A DNA stretch of 64,000 nt from the NCBI GenBank assembly GCA_052426225.1, contig JBNJNM010000012.1, forward strand, positions 1,302,001 through 1,366,000, given 5' to 3'. The notes under the pieces were generated by a model. The model ran no database searches, had not been told where the DNA came from, and worked only from the letters and a program-made list of their open reading frames with translations. The translations under genes and the position numbers were made by a program. Every line of letters begins with the position of its first letter. The stretch's first letter is position 1. Of the stretch, positions 47,334 through 57,243 are shown piece by piece. The stretch is from Zancudomyces culisetae HAW-14-8. Taxonomy: Eukaryota > Fungi > Kickxellomycota.

Positions 47334-50300
47334 TGTAGTATTTTTATTATTTGTATACTAGTGAATATTTATTTATTAAGTTTTATTATATATATAAAGT
47401 AATAAGATATTTAAATAATAGTTCGATGCTTCTTTCAAAAAGTGAAGAAAAGTTGGGGTTTATATAGTTTTTCTGTATGTCAACATTGTTTTGAAATCAC
47501 TAACATGTTCTTCTGTTGTTCAAACATGTTTTATTAATTGATGCGTTTTTTATCTTTTCTACCCCTACATTTCTTATCATGTTAACAGTTCACTCAAAAC
47601 AGCATCGTTACCCCGTGTTAACACACGTGGTTTGGTGTAATTTATCCGCATGATAAATTACACTGATTTATTTTGAAACATATAAATGCGTTAATAAAAT
47701 TAAATGATATTAATACTAATAATTAAACAAATGTATGGGGAAAAACCCAGTGGGAAAAAGTGCCCATACATATACTATAAAAACTAATACGACAGACCCC
47801 CTCCTAAACTTCGATCGTCCCGATTCGAATAAGGATGGTCTTTATATCTTCTTAATACTGGCTTTAATGTACTTGGTGCCACATCTGGAATCATATTTTC
47901 GGATTCTCTGTATTTCTTAAGTCTGTCACCATTCACTTGATCCAGGTTATTATCCTCATCTCTAATAATGTAAGTACCTTTGTCTAGTACTCTAACTATA
48001 GTATATGGACCTTCCCATATTGCTGAAAACTTTGAAGTGGGCATTTCCACTTTCTTAAGTACTTTATCTAGTAACTTGAACTTGAAAACTGTTACTTTCT
48101 TATTGTATCTTTGGACTTCATATTCCTTGTTTTTGATTATCTTTTGTGATGCTAGGTCTCTTAATACTGGGAGGTTGACTTCTACAAACTTAAGCCTTTC
48201 CTTAAATGCTTCTGTTTCATTTTCATTAGTAACTTCAGAAGTCCACGTAACTGGGGTTCTTATATTGCTCCCGTAAAGCATTTTGGACGGGGATACACCT
48301 AAAATTCGGTGTTTCATTGTGCGAGCAATCAACATTGCTCTCCATAGATATCTGTCCCAATTCTCTTTATCTTTCCAGCACAACTTAGATAGGACATTTT
48401 TTAACGTTTGGTTAAATCTTTCAACTTGGCCGTTGGACTGTGGGCGATAGGACGTAGTAGGATGATGTTCTATACCTACAAACTTATAGAACTCATCTGC
48501 AATTTCACTTATGAACCCGGACCCTCTATCAGATATCAACTTCCTAGGGACACCGTGATTCATAATAACATCATAGACTAAGAAGTGGACTATTGTTTCA
48601 GTTTGGATATTTTCTACTGCCTTTGAAATTGGCCATTTAGTATAGTAATCCATGGCTGTTATGATGTAACGGTTTCCATCCCTCGAAACTGGGGAAATGG
48701 GACCGATTGCATCTATACCTAAAATTTCGAATGGCTCTGAGGCTGTAATTGGAACCATTTCGTTTCTTCTCTTAGGTCCTCCTTTAAATCTTTGGCATAC
48801 CTCGCAAAAGTTAACTACTTTTTTTACTATCTCAAACGTATTTGGACCGGTGAACATTAACTTGACCTTCTCCCATGTATTGGAGATACCAGTATGGTCA
48901 TGATTATGCAAATCCTTGATCTTCAGATAAGCATTTTCTTCAGATAATACTTCTCTTAGCCCAAACTTTTTGCTATGTGCAAATAGTACTCCGTCTTTTA
49001 AAATGTACCTTGTGGCGTGTAAACGAATTTTTCTTTTTGCTTCTTCATCGGCTAAATTTGGATATGTGCGATCATTCAAGTATTGTTTTAGGGCATTATG
49101 TTTGTTAATTTCCATGCTGAATAATGTTATGCATTCTTCTTCAACCTCTTCCTGCTTGAATTCTTGTTTATCATTAGGTGTTGCCCTGGACAGATAGTCA
49201 GCAGGATTTAACGTGCCCTTTCTGTGACTTATTTCAAAATCATATTCTTTCAAAATGAGAGCCCATCTAGCTAGTCTCCCTGTAGCTTGCTTTGAGTGAA
49301 ATAAATTAATCAAGGCTGAATGATCTGTGACTATTTTAAATCTTTTTCCCCAGACGTAATTCCTGAAGTGATTAACAGCCCAGATAACTCCAAGTCCTTC
49401 TAGATGTGTTGCAGAGTAGTTTCTTTCTGGTTTAGTAAGTGACCTACTTGCGTACGCTATTGGATGCTCTTTGCCGCTTTCTGTTTGGCTAAGAATGGCG
49501 CCTAGTCCATTTGCAGAGGCATCAGTTGTTATCGTGAAGGTCTTGTCCCATGATGGGTGTCTCAGAATAGGGGCTTCTTTCAGTAGTGTCTTGAGTTTGT
49601 CTACTGCTTGTGTACATTCTTCACTCCAATGCCAAGTTACATCTTTTCTCAATAGTTGCGTTAAAGGTCTAGTAATTGATGCATAATTCTTGACAAACTT
49701 TCTGTAATATCCTGTCATACCCAGAAAACTTTGTACTTCCTTAACTGTAGTAGGATAGGAGAGTTTTGCTACTGCCTCAGTTTTTTTTGGATTTGTTTCT
49801 ATCCCTTCACCACTTATGATGTGGCCTAAATACTCAATGCGTTTCTGGGCGAAAACGCATTTAGCATAATTAAGCTTTATTTTTGCCTTTCTCAATAATT
49901 CAAAAACATTATCGAGGTCTTTTAAATGTATATCTAAATTTTCTGAAAAAACAACTATATCGTCAATAAAAACAACAACAGATTTCCATAAAACTGAGTC
50001 CAATACTTTTTCCATTAGCCTTTGGAATGTTGCGGGGCTATTAGAAAGGCCAAACGGCATTACGTTATAGCAATAAAGACCTTCGCCTGGAAAAGAGAAC
50101 GCTGTTTTTAACTTGTCCTTCTCACTGATTCGAACTTGCCAGAATCCTGACATTGCATCTAGTACGCTATAAACTGATGCACCTGCCAGAGCCTCAAATA
50201 TATCCTCTATTACCGGAAGGGGATAGTGATCTTTGCGTGTAACTGAATTTAAGCGTCTGTAATCTGAACAGATTCTTATTCCACCGTTTTTTTTCCATAC

Positions 50301-52786
50301 AGTCACGACTGGAGAACACCAGTCTGACTGACAAGGCTCGATTATTCCAGCTTCCTTCATGCGATAGATCTCCTGTCTGACCATTTCTTTCATTGCATGC
50401 GGAACTCGGTATGGCCTTGACTTTACGGGTTTGTTGCCATCTGTTACAATTTCGTGTTCTACGACATTAGTGCTTGTTAGCTCTGACAGATCTTTTGCTA
50501 GGATGTCCTTGTTCTTTGATACTAATTCTCTGATTCTCTGATCCAAAATTTCCTCTTGATTATTGTTTTCCACTCTGCATACTTCTTTTGCAATTCCAAT
50601 AAGCATTTCATTACTAGATTTGCATGCATCTTTATGCATTTCCAACGGTACCACCAGTTGCTCATGATTATATGGTAATAACAACTCCAGCGTATTCATA
50701 TCTATTATAGCTTCATGCTTTTTGAGCCAATCGGTTCCCAGCACTAACGATTCATCCTTTCCCTCCATCAATAGCAGATTACCGTTAAACCTTTTGCCCA
50801 TAATTTTAATAGGAACATTGGCGATCATGTTTGATATATGATGATGCTGTCCGTCTGCAGTAAGTATCACCTCGTTAACTTGTACGTCCGCTTCCAACTT
50901 AAGTTTATTTGCCATTTGTCTTGTTACTACGCAGCAAGCGGCTCCAGTGTCAATTACCGCTTTACAGCTGATTGTTCCTACTGTTACTACTGCTTTGCAA
51001 TTTGATGTTTCCTTGTTTTTTACTGTGCTTATATCCTTACTTGTACCAGCATTTTTGAATATTCTGCTAAGCTCATTTCTTACTATAGGTGCAGCTTTTA
51101 TCAATTGTGATACTGATATGTTTGCTTTCATGTTATCCAACTCTCTTTGTATAGAATAATCTTGGTTTGGCTGGTTGGATTTCATTTCCATCATTGATTG
51201 TTTAGGTGCTTGTTTTTTTGGTAGTATATTCTTATTATCTACTACTTCTGTCAGTGGTTGGTCAACATTACTGCTTTTAGGTATGGTCTCTGCATTTAAT
51301 TCATCTGTCAGTTTGATGGATTTTAGTTTTTCGGTGCGATCCTGTTCTAATAATCTGCGTTTTTCCACTATGTTTAATTCCTGCCACATTTTATCCAACA
51401 CATAAACATCTGATATCTTAACTCCGGTCTCTGATGATGCTGAAGGTGATATCTGCCTGTCTATGAATTGCAAAGTGTGTGGTTTAATACTTTGCCTTTC
51501 GTCATTATTCCTTAAGTTCCAAGGTCCTTTTGGGCACTTAGAACTGTAGTGACCCTCTTCCCTACAGAAAAAACATGCATTTTTCCTTTGTAACTCTGCT
51601 TTTTCTTGTTCCGAAAGTCTCATTCTGCTCGGTTTCTTCACCGAATCCGTTTGGTCTAAATGTTCTTTGGTTGTTTTCATTATGTACTTTTTCATTTCTT
51701 TAATTTCATTCATCATTTTCTTCATTTCTTTACCATTTTCTTCATTTTCATTGTCATTAGTAATATTAATTTTGCATAGTTTGTCCATGTTTTCCTTTTC
51801 AGTTGCGACCCTAACTGCTTCATTGTATGTAGTTGCTCTTGATTTTATTATTTCTTCTTGAAATTCAGGTCTTAAGGAACTGATCAGGCATTTGAATTTT
51901 ATTTCATTGTTGGTTGTATTTGATTTCTCAAATAGTAATTCTATCTTGAACAAGAAATCTTCTAGCTCCTCAGTACTGTTCTGTCTTAATAGCTGAAGCT
52001 CTCTCCATGATCTTATGTCTGATTCTACGCTGCTAAACTTCCTTATGAATTCATTCCTTAACTCAGGCCAAGTACCTACTCTAAGTCTTTCCCTTTCATA
52101 CCATTTTAATGCCTTGCCATCCAAAAATAATTCCATATAGTCAATTTGATCTTCTTCAGACCACTGTTCACTTCTTCCATACAGTTCATATCTTCTGGTC
52201 CATGTGGCAACGTTAATTCTGCTTTCTCCTGTGAATAGTACTGGCTCCATAAGCTTTTTTGCTGCGGTAGAATTTCCAATCATTTTCTGCTTTATGTCAG
52301 CCTGGTCCTGGCTGGATCACCAAAATGTAGTATTTTTATTATTTGTATACTAGTGAATATTTATTTATTAAGTTTTATTATATATATAAAGTAATAAGAT
52401 ATTTAAATAATAGTTCGATGCTTCTTTCAAAAAGTGAAGAAAAGTTGGGGTTTATATAGTTTTTCTGTATGTCAACATTGTTTTGAAATCACTAACATGT
52501 TCTTCTGTTGTTCAAACATGTTTTATTAATTGATGCGTTTTTTATCTTTTCTACCCCTACATTTCTTATCATGTTAACAGTTCACTCAAAACAGCATCGT
52601 TACCCCGTGTTAACACACGTGGTTTGGTGTAATTTATCCGCATGATAAATTACACTGATTTATTTTGAAACATATAAATGCGTTAATAAAATTAAATGAT
52701 ATTAATACTAATAATTAAACAAATGTATGGGGAAAAACCCAGTGGGAAAAAGTGCCCATACATATACTATAAAAACTAATACGACA
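47334..52786 (-). mobile_element. Ty3/Gypsy element F, apparently intact; LTRs 47334-47794 and 52326-52786; TSD ACAC
   Basis: 461-bp LTRs with no differences seen; PBS TGGTGATCCAGCCAGGA (52306-52322); PPT AGGAGGGGG; ends 8 nt before tRNA-Val. Confidence 0.97.
47784..52283 (-). CDS. Gag-Pol polyprotein, uninterrupted
   Basis: 1499 aa with CFFCREEGHYSSKC, IDTGA, FIDD, TDAS, HHCC, DDE and WEGPY motifs. Confidence 0.97.
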   Translation of the reverse strand: MIGNSTAAKKLMEPVLFTGESRINVATWTRRYELYGRSEQWSEEDQIDYMELFLDGKALKWYERERLRVGTWPELRNEFIRKFSSVESDIRSWRELQLLRQNSTEELEDFLFKIELLFEKSNTTNNEIKFKCLISSLRPEFQEEIIKSRATTYNEAVRVATEKENMDKLCKINITNDNENEENGKEMKKMMNEIKEMKKYIMKTTKEHLDQTDSVKKPSRMRLSEQEKAELQRKNACFFCREEGHYSSKCPKGPWNLRNNDERQSIKPHTLQFIDRQISPSASSETGVKISDVYVLDKMWQELNIVEKRRLLEQDRTEKLKSIKLTDELNAETIPKSSNVDQPLTEVVDNKNILPKKQAPKQSMMEMKSNQPNQDYSIQRELDNMKANISVSQLIKAAPIVRNELSRIFKNAGTSKDISTVKNKETSNCKAVVTVGTISCKAVIDTGAACCVVTRQMANKLKLEADVQVNEVILTADGQHHHISNMIANVPIKIMGKRFNGNLLLMEGKDESLVLGTDWLKKHEAIIDMNTLELLLPYNHEQLVVPLEMHKDACKSSNEMLIGIAKEVCRVENNNQEEILDQRIRELVSKNKDILAKDLSELTSTNVVEHEIVTDGNKPVKSRPYRVPHAMKEMVRQEIYRMKEAGIIEPCQSDWCSPVVTVWKKNGGIRICSDYRRLNSVTRKDHYPLPVIEDIFEALAGASVYSVLDAMSGFWQVRISEKDKLKTAFSFPGEGLYCYNVMPFGLSNSPATFQRLMEKVLDSVLWKSVVVFIDDIVVFSENLDIHLKDLDNVFELLRKAKIKLNYAKCVFAQKRIEYLGHIISGEGIETNPKKTEAVAKLSYPTTVKEVQSFLGMTGYYRKFVKNYASITRPLTQLLRKDVTWHWSEECTQAVDKLKTLLKEAPILRHPSWDKTFTITTDASANGLGAILSQTESGKEHPIAYASRSLTKPERNYSATHLEGLGVIWAVNHFRNYVWGKRFKIVTDHSALINLFHSKQATGRLARWALILKEYDFEISHRKGTLNPADYLSRATPNDKQEFKQEEVEEECITLFSMEINKHNALKQYLNDRTYPNLADEEAKRKIRLHATRYILKDGVLFAHSKKFGLREVLSEENAYLKIKDLHNHDHTGISNTWEKVKLMFTGPNTFEIVKKVVNFCEVCQRFKGGPKRRNEMVPITASEPFEILGIDAIGPISPVSRDGNRYIITAMDYYTKWPISKAVENIQTETIVHFLVYDVIMNHGVPRKLISDRGSGFISEIADEFYKFVGIEHHPTTSYRPQSNGQVERFNQTLKNVLSKLCWKDKENWDRYLWRAMLIARTMKHRILGVSPSKMLYGSNIRTPVTWTSEVTNENETEAFKERLKFVEVNLPVLRDLASQKIIKNKEYEVQRYNKKVTVFKFKLLDKVLKKVEMPTSKFSAIWEGPYTIVRVLDKGTYIIRDEDNNLDQVNGDRLKKYRESENMIPDVAPSTLKPVLRRYKDHPYSNRDDRSLGGGLSY

Positions 52787-52794
52787 ACACATGT

Positions 52795-52868
52795 GATTTC
52801 TTGGTGTAGATGGTTATCACGTCTGTCTAACACACAGACGGTCGCCGGTTCGAGTCCGGCAGAAATCA
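52795..52868 (+). tRNA. tRNA-Val(AAC)
   Basis: GATTTCT/AGAAATC acceptor stem; TCTGT-CTAACAC-ACAGA anticodon arm; followed by a T6 terminator. Confidence 0.95.
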
Positions 52869-55800
52869 TATTTTTTGTATTATGTTTTTTTTATATATCA
52901 TCATTATCTACATTAAGCTATTGTAGTATAAGATTTTTGTTATTTATACTGTTGGTATTTTTATAAAGTTGGATAGATTATCTATCAAAATTTTATTCAT
53001 GAAGATTCACTAAATATGATACAATACTCTTCTCTACCCTTTTTACTTTTTTATTATTTTTTTGTTAGACAATGTACTTAGTAGTAATCAATCTATTTTG
53101 AGTATATTGTTATTTTTAAAAATAAACAATATTAAAATAATTGTTTTAACAAACATAACTAGTTAAGTGATATAAGCAATTGTATAACTGAAGTAATTGC
53201 ACTATTTATAACCGTAACTAGACTTTGCTACCAATATTCATAATAATATTAAATTATTCTTTAATTGCAACTAAATTTTCAATTATCTATTACTGAATTT
53301 ATTTTCAATTATACTTTTTTTGTGATTATTTTACTAGTTTTCTTTCAATAATTCTAAATTATTTCTGTTTTAAATAAATTTAAACCAAATGTTGAATTTC
53401 ATTTAAAATGGAGTATTTCCAATAAAAAGATAATTCATTTGAATATGCAAGTATATAATTATATATATTTCCACCTTTCACCATTATCTTTTTTATATTG
53501 CCTGATCGTATTTGCGTTATCAAATATACAATTAATTAGATTTATTCCTATTTACACCTTTCACTTTTATTTCAGTCTTAATGCTACTTGAGTTACACTT
53601 TATTCTATATTAGAATGGTACTTTTATCAAATGCTATTTTTATTTTATTAAAATCTTCTATTGCTATAATCACAATTAATTGATTGTTGTGGTTTAAGGA
53701 TCTGTTCGATTCCAAGATGTATTCGAACCTTTTTTAGCTAAATAACCTGTATTAGTAAAAGTCTGCTACATACCGATTAACTTGATTAAAAAGATTAAGT
53801 TATAATAAATACAGTTTAAAATAACTATATTAATTAGTAAACAGAAATGGACTGTGACCAAGATATAGTATATCCTACATTTCAGTGCAAACCAATCTCA
53901 ATAAATTTTTAGAGAAAATTATGACACTGAATAAATCATGTGCAATTTATTTTTCTTATTTTACTAAATCTACTAACATTTATATTACTACATCAGCTTT
54001 TGTCACTAATTTTAATTTTTAGAACCAAATACACACATACACAAGAAATCCAACATAATCACTAATTTGCATTACTATTGGGATTATTATTATACAGTTT
54101 TTCAAATTTTGTTTAAAATAGGTTCAAATACCTCGCATAATTTCTAGATAAGGCTTAATTGATTTTTATACTCATCCGTGGCTAATAAACAATTCACTTT
54201 ACACTAATCCAATTTAATACACATTTCAAAGTTTAATGAAAAGTTAGCCCATTGAAATTCTTTAGAACATATATATCATTCGTTCATTTCTATTTGTTTT
54301 ACTTTACATAGCATTAGTCTAAGTCTGCCAATTTATTGGATTTCTCATTTCTTAATTAATTTTCTGAAAAGTTTTACTTGAGTTTGAAATCACTAATTCA
54401 TTTCTATAAAAGTGTATTTTATCAAAAATTAACAAAAATTTAAATATACTATGACCCTTTGAACATCTAGTTGAATAATTAAAGCAATTATTCGTGTGTA
54501 AAACATTACTAGTTTCCGTAATATTTATAGATTTTAATTATGGTTTTCTTAGTGCAACAAAATAATACTCATTAATAATTAAAGAAATTAATCGTTATTG
54601 CAGTTACTGCTTTTATGACTCATGACCTCTGCGCTTTGCAAGTCTATTTAGTAAACTAGATTATTTGATCATAGTTTGAGTGCTAAATATAATAGATTAA
54701 ATTCAGTAGTCAAATCATGATAGCATCTTTACAGTTTAACTATATAATACCAAGATATTTCTACTATAAACCTAATAATAGGGTTTAATATCTCTGATGG
54801 CGTGCTTTCCATCCATGAAATAATCAAAACTAAATTTGTGGTTTTCGCTTTCTCTATTTGATTTTTCTCGTCTTTATATGAACTGTTTTTGTTTTCTTAA
54901 CTGAAAATTATTCACATTGATGCATTAGTTGAAATACTAACCTTAGCATAGTCTAATGAAAGTGCTTCTAGATTAGAAATAATATCTCAGTTAGAATTAG
55001 ATAACCAGGTTTTACAGATATATTATTAATGTTTAGCAAAAGAGGCAATAAATAATCACACCATTTGATTTTAATATGATACACGCTAATTGAAAGGTTA
55101 AAACTCTTTTAAACATAGTATTGAAAACACTTGTATGGGAATTTCCAAAATTGTCAAAAGTCTGTGAATATTAATATTTATTTAAAACTATCACGTCACT
55201 CCATTTGCTAAAAGTAGTGCAACTGTTTCACTTTTCTACTTCCATTATAGACTTGTATTTAACTTTTTATAATTTTTCTTGGGATGCTTAAAGGAATATC
55301 AAGGAGAATACGGTTCAAGAGTATATTCATCTGATTTGGTAGTTTGAATATTGAAAAGTTAGAGATTGGCTTTGTATAACTAAACCAAAAAACTTTCCGG
55401 TTGTTTATAGTATACTACACCATATTATGTTATTTATGAAGGTATTTGTTTGGTTTAGCATGTTGTTGTAAAATGAAAATATTCGTCTAATCAAATTTAA
55501 GGTTTTTACTCTGTTGCTGCTTTTTGTATCACAAATTATTTAAAAATATGGGAAATTGAACTAAAGCCTAATTTTATCATTATTAATCCATGGTAGCAAA
55601 TGGATCAATTCACACAAACCAGAGTGATATGCTTCAAAATATTTACCGGAATTAAATTTCCATACTACAATCCATGGTTAGCAATAATGAAATTGTGTTA
55701 TTAATTATTATTATGGATTTTCTTTTGATACGTATCCCCACCCATGCCCTGATATGTGCAACTGCTCTGCCCAGAGCCTCCCGAGAAACTGAGAGAAATA

Positions 55801-57243
55801 ACGAACTTTGTAACATTGCTTATGTAAAATAAAATAAAATAAAAAAAGTGGAGTTGGTTATGCAAAAGCATGGGAGACTTTTTGTTCAGCCTGAAAGTAC
55901 CCATCACAAACATAGTTGATGAAGAAAGGTGATGCAAAAAAGTTAATTATCTATTTTCGATTGAGATATTACAGTTATTGGTAAAACTGCAGCACTATTT
56001 TTTTCACCACTTGGAAGTTTACATAATCCCACAATATTTATAGTAGTAAAGTTTATATGAACAAAAATGTTTGATAAACTGATTTGTTAGATTATAATTG
56101 CGACAAATTTTTAAAACAATTATTTGTTAGAAAATGACAGAGAAATAATTAGGGTAAGTCTAGTATACGCAAAGTACAATATTCTAGTCTAAACTCAAGC
56201 AAATTCAAAAATACTTTAAATATGACAATATTGTGAAGTTTGCTATGATTCAATACGTTTGGTTATCGAAATATTGATGAACTGATGTTTATGTCAATGT
56301 TTATGTTTATGTTTATAGGAATAGTCATTCTCAAGAGACAAAGTGCAAAAGTTTATTACTTAGTATGGATTGTGAAAGGCATTCGGGTATAAATCCATGA
56401 GGTTTGTGATATATTTTACGCAATTGACAGCACTAAAAGATACAAAAGTATACAAAAAGCCACTACTTTATATTGATGCGGTGGGTGCAATATTTCTGTA
56501 TTACAAACATCAGGCAAAAGATTGCTGAGAATAAGTGGAATTCAAAAACGGAACTACAAAACTAGATATTTTCTCATCGTGAACTGTTTAGGAGAAAATG
56601 TGGCAATTCATGTTAAAATTTGATGTAAATCCTGCAAAGATTTGTGTGGGCAATGCAACATGAAAATGTTTTTTGTTTTGTTTAGAAAATGAGGGATAAA
56701 TTGGTGGGGATATTCAGTTGGAAAATGTTTATGAAATGGGTCTAATTTACAAAGCGCCCTTTTCGGTGTTAAGAAAATGACGGGAACATTTGGAACAAAG
56801 ATATAAAAATTCAGTTACAAATTTAGCACCAATTTCCTCAATTAGACAATAAATTCGTCAAGAAAAAAAAACATCTAATATTGAGGAAGAAAAGTAATAC
56901 TAAAAAGATAAAAAAAATAAAAATGCATCCAATAAAATTAAATCAAAGACTTTTGGGAATCAGGGAATCAAAAGCAGTAGATTCATTCTATGTATATGGG
57001 AGGTTTACCATAAAATAAGCTTTTGAATAAAATAAAATAAAATCCAATAAGGCCATGTTAACAAGCACCAAAGTTAACACAAGTGAATGTAAGTATATTA
57101 TGTTGTTTTTGTTGATGTAAAACTTCTACAATTTGAATAAGTAGCTGAACAAGAGAAGTGATCAAGGAGAAATCCGAGTTTGCAAAAAAAAATTTTTTTT
57201 AATAAGATTGAGAAAAAAAGGATAGTAATTGCATAGAAAATAA

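Noticed and set aside
47735-47920. Repeated small ORF MGKNPVGKSAHTY (also 52727 and the related 4019..4201)
   Set aside because: It is the antisense reading of the conserved U-rich stem-loop in the F-family LTR.
52870-57240. Possible decayed coding remnant (~54100-55950) and GC-richer patch at ~55730-55790
   Set aside because: No long ORF, recognisable motif or termini; needs a translated search.
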